A stretch of DNA of 64,000 nt from Octopus sinensis. Lineage: Eukaryota. The DNA lies in contig NC_043021.1 in the NCBI RefSeq assembly GCF_006345805.1, positions 8,928,001 through 8,992,000 on the forward strand, given 5' to 3'. Positions 1-11,500 of this stretch are shown here, piece after piece. Under the pieces are notes generated by a model. The model did no database searches. It had not been told where the DNA came from and saw nothing but the letters and a program-made list of their open reading frames with translations. The position numbers were made by a program, and so were the translations under genes. Each line of letters starts with the position of its first letter. The first letter of the stretch is position 1.

Positions 1-386
1 ACACTCATGCACGCACGCACGTACATACATACACATATCACACATATCACACATATCACACACACTTTACAGACCTAGTAAAACATTATATATATGCTTT
101 TTTCCATTGTAAACCGAATGAAGCGCTAGGGAAAACCAGCGACTCAAGGCTACGTTGGTTAATAGACTTCCCAGAATAAACGGAAGGCCGTTGCCAAACT
201 ACACACATGCGCATACACATGGACACACACACACAGACACACACACACACGCACACACATACGCATATACATATGTTTATATAAAATTATATATATTAAA
301 TCATATACATACAGATATATGTATGTATGTATGCATATATATATACATATATATGTCTATATATGGGTATGCATGCATATATATAA

Positions 387-417
<31 letters not shown>

Positions 418-508
418 ATATGTATGTATGTATGTATGTAAGTATGTATGTATGTATGTATGTATGTATGTATGAATGTATGCATGTTTGTATGTGTTTG
501 TATGTATG

Positions 509-564
<56 letters not shown>

Positions 565-589
565 TATGTCTATACATGGGTATGCATGC

Positions 590-621
<32 letters not shown>

Positions 622-850
622 TTATGTTTGTATGCATGTATGTATGTTTGTATGCATGTATGTATGTATGTATGCATGTATGTATTATGTATGTATATCT
701 GTATGTATGTATGCATGTATGTATTACGTGCATCAATGCCGAAATATTTTCTCAGTGTTGCTGGGGTTACCATATATATGAGATTGCATGTATGTGTATG
801 TGTGTGTGTGTGTGTGTGTGTTTGTATGCGTGCGTGAGAGAGAGGTGCTG
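1..850. repeat. Compound (CA)n/(TA)n/(TATG)n/(TG)n microsatellite block
   Basis: Directly visible simple repeats; they explain the overlapping MYVC/HTYI ORFs. Confidence 0.95.
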
Positions 851-1039
851 AGAGGGAGAGAAGACTATTTAAGGAGAGATGGAAAAGGGGTTTTAATGCA
901 CAAAATACATTTAAAAAAAAAAAGATTAACGACTGGAAATGCCTCAGATTTAAAATTTAAGGAAATGGGAAAATTAACAGGGAAAATATTCATAAAACTA
1001 ACAGACAAGACACACACACACACACACACATATCCACAA

Positions 1040-1325
1040 TCATTGGACGTCGTTATACACCATTGAACACAATGCACTTCCTCGCGTCGTTGTAGCTTTC
1101 GAAGGATGCCACGTCGCTGGCTACGTGAGCAGGCAGGGTAAACATTCTCTGTGAACGGGACACCAGACCGTCGCAGTGCTTACCCATTAACAGCTGAGTG
1201 GACTGGGGCAATGTGAAATTAAGTAGTTTGTTCAAGAACACAACACGCCTCTGGTTTTCGAGTCGAAACGACGGTCTTGCGATCGTGAGTGTAACACCTA
1301 ACCATTCGACCTCAACTCTTCATAC
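1040..1325 (-). mobile_element. tRNA-headed SINE, degenerate; related copy at 22395-22730
   Basis: Minus strand has a tRNA-like head (GGTCGAATGGTTAGG...GTTTCGACTC). It shares a CAGCTGA(G/A)TGGAC...TGAAAT(T/A)AAGT...TTG(T/C)TCAAG body with 22620-22680. Confidence 0.55.
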
Positions 1326-1423
1326 ACACACAAACACACACACGGGTAAGCACATAAATGCTAAAAGAAGGTGGGGAAAAAATAGTACTCGAATACCTAA
1401 GGTACAGTAATATGCATTTTCTT

Positions 1424-1939
1424 CCGAGGTCGACTCTGCCTTTCATCCTTTCGGGGTCGATAAATTAAGTACCAGTTACGCACTGGGGTCGATGTAATCG
1501 ACTTAATCCGTTTGTCTGTCCTTGTTTGTCCCCTCTGTGTTTAGCCCCTTGTCGGTAATAAAGAAATAAATATTTGGCCTGTCGCTACGCTCTGAGTTCA
1601 AATTCCACCGAGGTCGATTTTGCCTTTCATCCTTTCGGGGTCGATAAATTAAGTACCAGTTACGCACTGGGGTCGATGTAATCGACTTAATCCGTTTGTC
1701 TGTCCTTGTTTGTCCCCTCTGTGTTTAGCCCCTTGTCGGTAATAAAGAAATAAATATTTGGCCTGTCGCTACGCTCTGAGTTCAAATTCCACCGAGGTCG
1801 ATTTTGCCTTTCATCCTTTCGGGGTCGATAAATTAAGTACCAGTTACGCACTGGGGTCGATGTAATCGACTTAATCCGTCTGTTTGTCCTTGTTTGTCCC
1901 CTCTGTGTTTAGCCCCTTGTAGGTAGTAAAGAAAGAAAA
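1424..1939 (+). mobile_element. 5'-truncated trimer of a 184-bp SINE body (Deu/Nin-domain-like) with 15-bp TSD
   Basis: CCGAGGT recurs at 1424, 1608 and 1792 (184-bp period). AATATGCATTTTCTT flanks it at 1409-1423 and 1940-1954. The GCCTTTCATCCTTTCGGGGTCGATAAATTAAGTACC core resembles the Deu/Nin SINE domain (from memory). Confidence 0.85.
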
Positions 1940-2179
1940 AATATGCATTTTCTTATTAAGCCTGTAGAAACATCGCAGAAACTGTTACTCAAAGTTTCAC
2001 GTTCCCGTTCGTCGGACGTTTGTGACCACAACTGTCTGACGAACGTAAAAGTCTGAGTAGCAGCTTTTGTGATGCCTTTACAGCTTTAATAAAAATGTGT
2101 GTGTGCGTAGAAACAATTGTAGTGATTTCGAATAAAGCCTGTTCATTTCACCTTCTTGAATTAAATTTCTATTATATAT

Positions 2180-2595
2180 GAAGGCAAGGTGTGGCTGTGT
2201 GGTAAGAAGCTTGCTTTCCAACCACATGGTTCCGGGTTCAGTCTCATTATAAGGCATCTTGGGCAAGCGTCTTCTACTATAGCTTCGTGCCGATTAAAAC
2301 CTTGTGAATGGATCCCCTAGACAGAAATTGAAAGAAACCCATCTTATATCTGTGTTGTGTGTGAGTGTGTCTTTTTGGGTCTGTGTTTGTCCCCCACCAC
2401 CGCTTGACAACCGGTGTCAGTTTGTTTACGTCCCCGTAACTTAGCCGTTCGGCAAAAGAGGCCGATTATAATTGAGAACCGGGCTTAAAGATAAATAATA
2501 AGCTTTGGTGTCGATTCATTCGGATAAAAGCTCTTCAAGGCGGTGCCCCAGCATGGCCGCAGTCAAATTGCTGAAACAGGTAAAAAGGTAAAAGA
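2180..2595 (+). mobile_element. tRNA-derived CORE-type SINE (family A)
   Basis: Head GTGGCTGTGTGGTAAG...GGTTCAGTC, CORE-like CTTGGGCAAG, internal (TG)n, tail ending CTGAAACAGGTAAAAAGG. Confidence 0.8.
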
Positions 2596-3230
2596 TGTGA
2601 GTGTATGTGTGTGTGTGGTGTGTGTGTGTGTGTGTGTGTGTTTGAGTTAGTGTGTTTATGTTTGTGTTAGTCTACCACCACCACCACCACCACTACTTGA
2701 CAACCGCTGTTGGTTTGTTTACGTTCGCATAACATAATGGTTCGTCTCTTTTGCCGACTGTTGTAATAGGTCACAGGCTTTTTTAAAAACAAAATAATAA
2801 GTACTGGAGTTGATTTGTTCGATTGAAATCTGAAATGCTGTGCCCCAGCTTAGCCGCGGTCCCATGACTGAAACGAATCAAATCTAAACACGCATCCAGA
2901 TACGTAAATACGACCCCCGTGTCTCTTATGAATATTTAAGCATTCCTTTTCATTCACATCTATCATACATGATCGATTACCTTCGTCGAATTTCACTCTG
3001 ATCTTTCAGTACGAATATACCAGGGCTACATTTTTATTTCCAATTAGGTAAATTCAATGCAGTTTCAAACCGTAAATTATTAAAGCAAAAATCGTAAATA
3101 GAGGTTGAATGAAAATGAATTTGGAAACTTTATGTGTGCGTACGAAACTAACGCAGAAATGTTAATGTGGCTTTAAATTACAATTACATGGTGAATCTTA
3201 AATATTTCAAGCATAAAGTTCACTGAATAC

Positions 3231-3396
3231 CTGCAAATTCACACTGCTCGTCATCTTCAGCACTGAATAAGCTTTCATAAGCATTCGGGTGATTGATAGC
3301 ATTGTACGGATTCTCTTCATCATCGCTGCCCGTAATTATAGGTTGCGTATCATCTGCTCTTTCTTCTTCAACGTCATCCCACCAGCTATTCTCCAT
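3231..3396 (-). CDS. Candidate first coding exon, acidic peptide MENSWWDDVEEERADDTQPIITGSDDEENPYNAINHPNAYESLFSAEDDEQCEFA
   Basis: ATG at 3396 follows an in-frame TAA. There are 55 open codons plus 1 nt, ending at a possible donor GCAG|GTATTC. Sequence is non-repetitive and protein-like, but no homologue is recognised. Confidence 0.35.
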
Positions 3397-3643
3397 TTAT
3401 ACCAAGCAAACATTCGAAATTCCACATTTCTTCAAATGATTCGATAATCATGTCAGCTTTTCAAGTCCTGCCGTTTATTAACTATCCGTTCAGACAGATC
3501 AAAGGCAGATTTATGATCTGCACTTCTCTGATACACAATCTTGTATCTCTGAAGTACTGAAGAAAATAAGCAATTTCAAAAATTAAATTTTATCCTTTGG
3601 TGTAGTTTTTCTTTAAAAAAAAAAAAATAAAATAATAATAATA

Positions 3644-3679
<36 letters not shown>

Positions 3680-4194
3680 CGGTTTTTAATTTAGTTTCAT
3701 TTGCGATACATGAAAGAACTAAAATACACCGGATGGCCTTTCTTCTTCGAATTCCGATAACAAATTGCTGAAACGCTTAAACTTTATCATCTCGATCAGC
3801 TCCTTGGCAACTTTTGTACAATTCTACATTCTCTGATATTTCCCGAATCTTGGGCCTTAAAATCCATGATTCCGTGTGTTCTTTGCTAGTTTGTTTGGTT
3901 GGGGGGTTTTTTTCTGTTATCTTGTTTGTTGCTGTTGGGTTGTTTTTTTTTTTTATTCCTTTAGTGCAGATTCAGATGGCTTTACGAGTTAAATATTTTC
4001 CATCTTGACGACTTCCGATTACCACCAACTCGACAATCGTTTTCTCCAATCGTAGCCACTTGCAAGCCTGATCTCTATCAGCACAATTTATTTTCGCATC
4101 AGTCACTCACAACCATTTTACAAATAACACCAAATCCTCAAGCTGCCACACAGTTGCCTTTTCAGCAACAGGAATAACTTTTAGCTTGAGTACT

Positions 4195-4444
4195 ATACTC
4201 TTTTACTCTTTTTTACTTCTTTCAGTCATTTGACTGTGGCCATGCTGGAGCACCGCCTTTAGTCGAGCAAATCGACCCCGGGACTTATTCTTTGTAAGCC
4301 TAGTACTTATTCTATCGGACTCTTTTGCCGAACCGCTAAGTTACGGGGACGTAAACACACCAGCATCGGTTGTCAAGCGATGTTGGGGGGAGAAACAGAC
4401 ACACAAACATATACACACACATACAGACACACACACACACACAC

Positions 4445-4488
<44 letters not shown>

Positions 4489-4815
4489 ACTATAAGAGAG
4501 AATCCACTATGTGGACGCTCTAACGCTAGATATAGATCCGCAAAGGGAATCCACCACTAAGAATTGTTCTCAAGAAATAATTCAACACACCAAGAACGTA
4601 AATTCTTGGTGTATTGACTTTAATTATTTTGATTTTATATATATATATACATATATACGACGGGCTTCTTTCAGTTTCCGTCTACCAAATCCACTCACAA
4701 GGCTTTGGTCGGCCCGAGGCTATAGTAGAAGACACTTGCCCAAGGTGCCACGCAGTGGGACTGAACCCGGAACCATGTGGTTCGTAAGCAAACTACTTAC
4801 CACACAGCCACTCCT
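4195..4815 (-). mobile_element. CORE-type SINE (family A) with an extra insert in its internal microsatellite
   Basis: Reverse complement of the family A tail (4195-4420) and head (4655-4815), separated by (CA)/(TA) and about 160 bp of unrelated sequence. Confidence 0.85.
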
Positions 4816-5258
4816 GAGTACTATATTCTAATTCTTTGGCATTTTCTCCCAAATTGAAGAATTTTCAAGATCAAGCCTGCACAGCTGTATTCTGCAAGTA
4901 TTATACGGGGCTCTATAGCATCAACTGACCCATCGAATGAGTCTGTGACCCGACTTCCGTCTAGCTTTCATACAATTTCCCCGGTTGCTGTTGTGGATAG
5001 AAACAATGAACAGTGACACAGATAATGGCGACGTAATTGCTCCGAGAGGTTATTGCCTTTCGTCGTTTATCTCACAACATTGGTTACACTGCTTTGCAAC
5101 TGTATTTACATCTACGATATGTAGCCTGATGGAGTATACTATACTGGTAAGTACTACTTATATCTGTATAAGTACTACGTATATCACACGCACATACGCA
5201 CACATATCTTTTACCTTTTACCTGTTTCAGGCCTACTTAGGGCCTAAATTTCAAATTT

Positions 5259-5573
5259 ATGACTGACCATAGGATTGCACCTAGAAAGTTACCCTCCCAG
5301 GCACAAGTCCAGGCAAGGTTGTTTACAGAAGACCAACAGTCGCCCATGCATACCAGCCTCCCCTCTCCACGCCACCAGTGTTGTCCAAGGGAAAGGCAAG
5401 GGCCGATACAGCTTGGCACCTGTGACGTCGCAACTCATTTCTACAGCTGAGTGAAGTGGAACAACGTGAAATAAAGTGTCTTGCTCAAGAACACAACACG
5501 CAGCCCGGTCCGGGATTCGAACTCACAACCTCACGATCGTAAGCTCGACGCTCTAACCACTGAGCCATGCGCC

Positions 5574-5628
<55 letters not shown>

Positions 5629-6696
5629 TTGAGATCCCCTTCGGTCATGACTGACCATGGGATTGCACCTAGAAAGTTACCCTCCCAGGCACAAGTCCGG
5701 GCAAGGTTGTTTACAGAAGACCAGCAGTCGCCCATGCATACCGGCCTCCCCTCTCCACGCCACCGATGTTATCCAAGGGAAAGGCAAAGGCCGATACAGC
5801 TTGACACCTGTGACATCGCAACTCATTTCTACAGCTGAGTGAACTAGAGCAACGTGAAATAAAGTGTCTTGCTCAAGAACAAAACACGCAGCCCGGTCCG
5901 AGATTCGAACTCACAACCTCACGATCATAAGCTCGACGCTCTAACCACTGAGCCATCCGCCTTCACATACACACACACACACACATATATATATTTGAGA
6001 TCCCCTTCGGTCATGACTGACCATGGGATTGCACCTAGAAAGTTACCCTCCCAGGCACAGTCCGGGCAAGGTTGTTTATGGAAGACCAGCAGTCGCCCAT
6101 GCATACCAGCCTCCCCTCTCCACGCCACCGATGTTATCCAAGGGAAAGGCAAAGGGGCCCGATACAGCTTGGCACCTATGACGTCGCAACTCATTTCTAT
6201 AGCTGAGTGAACTGGAGCAATGTGAAATAAAGTGTCTTGCTCAAGAACACAACACGCAGCCCGGTCCGGGATTCGAACTTACAACCTCACGATCATAAGC
6301 TCGACGCTCTAACCACTGAGCCATCCGCCTTCACACACACACACACCACACACACATATATTTGAGATCCCCTTCGGTCATGACTGACCATGGGATTGCA
6401 CCTAGAAAGTTACCCTCCCAGGCACAAGTCCGGGCAAGGTCGTTTATGGAAGACCAGCAGTCGCCCATGCATACCAGCCTCCCTTCTCCACGCCACCAGT
6501 GTTATCCAAGGGAAAGGCAAAGGCCGATACAGCTTGGCACCTGTGACGTCGCAACTCATTTCTACAGCTGAGTGAACTGGAGCAACATGAAATAAAGTGT
6601 CTTGCTCAAGAACACAACACGCAGCCCGGTCCGGGATTCGGACTCACAACCTCACGATCGTAAGCTCGACGCTCTAACCACTGAGCCATGCGCCTT
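5259..6696 (-). mobile_element. Head-to-tail tetramer of a tRNA-headed SINE (family C), period about 366 bp
   Basis: Four near-identical units, each ending CTCTAACCACTGAGCCAT(G/C)CGCCTT on plus, i.e. a tRNA-like head with A box TGGCTCAGTGG and B box GTTCGAATC on minus (B box mutated in some units). Units are separated by (CA)n. Confidence 0.9.
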
Positions 6697-7040
6697 TACA
6701 TGTTGCTATTGTTGTTGCTGTTGATGTTGTTATTCAGCTAAACTTTTGAGTAAAAGGGTAATTCTTTGTACGTAAATCGAACTTTGTTTCTCTGACTTCA
6801 AAAGAGTAATCATTTACTGAACTTATACATTAAATTCCATGCAATAATCATTTTTATAATGAATAGAAAATAATAAACTTATTTTGGCGTAATTTTTTTT
6901 TTTTTTTTTTTTGCTGTGTCTCCAGTTGTGTTGTGCTGACGATTTTAAAAAGGGATGAAATGGTGCAGTAAATGGCTATCAACGATTGGAAATTTTATGA
7001 TCTTTAAATTGTGTAGGAAAAAGAATTATCCAATATGTAT

Positions 7041-7178
7041 AGGCGCAGAAGTGGCTGTGTGGTAAGTAGCTAGCTTACCAACCACATGGTTCCGGGTTCA
7101 ATCTCACTGTGTGGCACCTTGGGCCGACCAAAGCCTTGTGAGTGGATTTGGTAGACGGAAATTGAATGAAGCCCGTCG

Positions 7179-7250
<72 letters not shown>

Positions 7251-7440
7251 TGTGTTTGTCTTCCCACCATCGCTTGACAACCGATGTTGATGTGTTCACG
7301 TCCCCGTAACTTAGCAGTTCGGTAAAAGAGTCCGATAGAATAAGTACTAGGCTTACAAAGAATAAGTCCTGGGGTTGATTTGTTCGACTAAAGGCGGTGC
7401 TCCAGCATGGCCGCAGTCAAATGACTGAAACAAGTAAAAC
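7041..7440 (+). mobile_element. CORE-type SINE (family A)
   Basis: Full head, (TA)(TG)n centre and tail ending GACTGAAACAAGTAAAA. Confidence 0.9.
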
Positions 7441-7972
7441 AAATATTCTGTACATCTTTTTCTTCACTCTCTGACTTAAGCTTCAAACTTGCAAACCCGC
7501 ATTGCCTTAATCTAAAAAGTATTGTCACCCTTATGGCAACTGACCCCCAGGGGAACACTACGTGTATAATAGCTAACAATTATTGTTTTAATCTGCATAG
7601 GTGCTGCCTACTTTGCCTACACGCCTATCTATGCGTTACGTCCCTCGCCATTTATAGATATACGTGTGGGGGAGGAAGAGGACCGAATTTATCTTTAATT
7701 TTATAAACTATTTCATTTTTTTTTTCTTGTGGCCATTACAATTTTTGCAGCAAATATTCTGTAGCAATAACATTCGTTTAATTTTTACTATAATTAATGT
7801 ATAAATAACTTATTGGAATCTTTTGTAAAAAAAAACTAGCCGAAGATGGCTTCTAAAATTAATGTTCTATTTTTAGACGATGGACAATGTGTTTAATATT
7901 AAAGAATATTTCTTTTAATGAAAGACGTTCTAATATTCCGCCAAGATAGTAACTTGTCCTTGGTATGACTTT

Positions 7973-8072
7973 NNNNNNNNNNNNNNNNNNNNNNNNNNNN
8001 NNNNNNNNNNNNNNNNNNNNNNNNNNNNNNNNNNNNNNNNNNNNNNNNNNNNNNNNNNNNNNNNNNNNNNNN
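7973..8072. other. Assembly gap (100 N)
   Basis: Run of exactly 100 N, typical of a scaffolding spacer. Confidence 0.98.
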
Positions 8073-9095
8073 GTGTTTGTAAATTGCTCTTTTAATAGGG
8101 ACGATTGGGTTTTTTTTTTTGGTGAACAATTTCTCACAAGGCTTACTGGAAGAACAAGAAAAAACGAAAAACGAAACAGAAAACAAACAAACAAACAAAA
8201 ATGGTCGTCCATACTGCTTCTCTGCTCCATGTTCATGACTGCTCAGTGTAGTAAAAAGTCTGTATATGTGTTCTGGCGAAGAAAGGAAAGTACTTAAGTT
8301 TTAAAAACATATGTCCCTGTTTTTTTTTTTAAATATATTCATATATTCATCGTTAGATCCTAGATTAATTCTTAAAACAGAATAATTCTTTCAAAGACGC
8401 CCTCCCCATACAACAACAACAACAACAACAACGACAAAAGCAACACCAACAATATACGAACAAATGAATAGATAAATATTTACCAAGTTCTTAGCAAATT
8501 TCTGCTCTTCTTTGTTCAATCTATTTCCTTTTGAATTCTTTAAGAATGACACATTTTTCAAGACTTCGTATCTCAGTTATTTGCCTTCTTCTCTCTCTCT
8601 CTTTCTCTCTCTCTTTTCCCTCCAACAACGGTTTGACTGTGTTTTCCCCCTTTCATAACACACATTACTCTCACATACCGCTCTACATTGCTGTTGTTGC
8701 TTTCACATACTTTTCTAACATACCACTCTCTTCGTTGCATTAACATCTCACTCAACATAGATCTATTTTACTCTCTCAAACAATGCAGTATATTTACTAC
8801 ACAATGTATTTTGAGCAAATGCACTTACGGTACTCCAATATCAAAATGGAGGTTTCACTCAACGCTGCCCTCACACTACACTCTCTCATTGTCTTCACAT
8901 AACCACTCAATATTTCTTTTGCACTACACTCCATACTGCTTTCATCTTACCACTCCATATTGTTCCACATTGCCTTTTGTCCTCTCGGAATCGATAACGA
9001 AGTGCAAGTATTGTTGCTGTTGTTGTTGTGTTGGTGGTGGTGGTGAGTTTCATCTAATCGACTGATCTCCTCCTTACTGGCCTTATGCCTAAAAC

Positions 9096-9108
9096 ATCAT
9101 CATCATCG

Positions 9109-9158
<50 letters not shown>

Positions 9159-9177
9159 GTCGTCGTCGTCGTCGTCG

Positions 9178-9212
<35 letters not shown>

Positions 9213-9213
9213 G

Positions 9214-9266
<53 letters not shown>

Positions 9267-9315
9267 GTCGTCGTCGTCGTCGTCGTCATCATCATCATCA
9301 TCATCATCATCATCT
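9096..9315. repeat. (CAT)n/(CGT)n trinucleotide repeat
   Basis: Directly visible; source of the poly-S and poly-M ORFs. Confidence 0.95.
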
Positions 9316-9483
9316 TCACCGCCGCCTCCGCTACCTCTACCACCGCTTCCGCTGCCTCCGCTGCGTTGCCTCCACCACCGGAGTTATTGTTCGGACCTTT
9401 ACGTTCTGAGTTCAAATGTCGTCAAGGCCGATTTTCGCCTTTCATCCATCCTTTCGGAGTCCATGAAATATAAGCAGAAGTGG

Positions 9484-9607
9484 ACATCAAGGATCTTCAT
9501 CCAACATCAAGGATCTTCATCCAACATCAAGGATCTTCATCCAACATCAAGGATCTTCATCCAACATCAAGGATCTTCATCCAACATCAAGGATCTTCAT
9601 CCAACAT
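9484..9607. repeat. 20-bp minisatellite ACATCAAGGATCTTCATCCA, six perfect copies
   Basis: Six identical contiguous units 9484-9603 with no spacers. Confidence 0.95.
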
Positions 9608-9667
9608 TATTAAGGACAGGCGGTGAGCGGGCAGAATCGTCGCGCCGAAAGAAAATGCTTATTAAAT

Positions 9668-9986
9668 TTTCTGTCTTTTTGTCGAACCGCTAAGTTACGG
9701 GGACGTAAACACACCAGAATCGGTTGTCAAGCGATGTTGGGGAGGGGGGACAAACACAGATCTCGGTGGAATTTGAACTCAACGTAAAAACAGACAAAAC
9801 ACACACACACATATATACATATATATGACCGGCTTCTTTCAGTTCCTGTCTACCAAATCCACTCACAAGGCTTTGGTCGGCCCGAGGCTATAGCAGAATA
9901 CACTTGCCCAAAGTTCCACGCAGTGGGACTGAACCCGGAACCATGTGGTTGGTAAGCAAGCTACTTACCACACAGCCACTCCTGCG
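9668..9986 (-). mobile_element. CORE-type SINE (family A) with a short family B fragment inside
   Basis: Reverse complement of the family A head at 9830-9986 and body at 9668-9750. CTCGGTGGAATTTGAACTC at about 9762-9780 is family B. Confidence 0.75.
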
Positions 9987-9994
9987 CCTAAGAC

Positions 9995-10583
9995 AATACA
10001 TACATACATACATACATACATACATACATACATACATAAGTACATACATAAGTACGTACGTACATACATACATACATACATGCATACATACATACATACA
10101 TACATACATACATAATACATACATACATACATACATACGTACATACATACATACATACATACATACATACGTACATACATACATACATACATACATACAT
10201 ACATACATACGTACATACATACATACATACATACATACATACATACATACATACATACGTACATACATACATAATACATACATACATACATACATACATG
10301 CATACATACATACATAAGTACATACATAAGTACGTACGTACATACATACATACATACATACATACATGCATACATACATACATACATACATGCATGCATA
10401 CATACATACATACATACATACATACATACATACGTACATACATACATAATACATACATACATACATACATACATGCATACATACATACATAAGTACATAC
10501 ATAAGTACGTACGTACATACATACATACATACATGCATACATACATACATACATACATAATACATACATACATACATACATAA

Positions 10584-10616
<33 letters not shown>

Positions 10617-10675
10617 GCATACATGCATACATACATACATACATACATACATAAGTACGTACGTACATACATACT
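9995..10675. repeat. (TACA)n array with variant units
   Basis: Directly visible tetranucleotide repeat. Confidence 0.97.
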
Positions 10676-10959
10676 GTCATACATACAGACAGACAGATAG
10701 GCAGACATGCACACATATATGAATTACTGAAATTTCTTGGCTTACGATGCTATGACATATCGTTTACTAAAGACAGCATTTATTTTCCCAATTATTCACA
10801 CACAAAACAGACTCGTGTGCAATCAGAAGCTGCCTTCTTGTGACAAGAGCCTAAACAGTAAACAAAACCCGAAAAGACCGAGGAAGGGGTGTGAGTTAGA
10901 CAGGGAGGAGTAAGAACGAGGTACACCGCTGGCTGATGAGGGTGGTGTCAGGGTGGAGT

Positions 10960-11098
10960 TACGTTTGGTGTTGGTGATGATAATGGTCGTACAACTTTTA
11001 GTAGTATTGGTGGTGGTGGTGGTGGTGGTTGTGGTTGTGACAGTAGTATGTAGTATTTATAATTGTGGTATTAGAAGTGGCAGTAGTAGTAGTAGTAT

Positions 11099-11150
<52 letters not shown>

Positions 11151-11292
11151 TATTGTTGCTGTTGTTGTTGTAGTTGGTGGTGAGGGTGTTGTGATTTGGT
11201 GGTGGAGTTGGTGGTCGTGCTGGTAGTGTAGTGATTGTGCCGTGGTAGTGGTTGCTGTAGCGATACTATTGACAGCAGAAATGTTTGTTGTG

Positions 11293-11376
<84 letters not shown>

Positions 11377-11500
11377 TTAGTAGTAGTAGTAGTAGTAGTA
11401 GTAGTGGAGATGGTGATAGTGACGGTGGTGGTGGTGGTGGTGGTGTGGTGGTGGTTCAGGTTTTTAGCCGTAGAGGTGGTGATGGTGGTGGTGGCGGCTG
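10960..11500. repeat. (TAG)n/(GGT)n/(CAG)n low-complexity block
   Basis: Directly visible trinucleotide repeats. Confidence 0.9.

Noticed and set aside
1980-2065. Hammerhead in the 12-bp hairpin CGTTCGTCGGAC / GTCTGACGAACG
   Set aside because: The minus core reads CCGACGA with no pairing stem I, and the plus core lacks GAAA and stem II; it is only a palindromic repeat remnant.
9484-9607. CRISPR-like array
   Set aside because: Repeats are contiguous with no spacers, there are no cas genes, and the context is eukaryotic.
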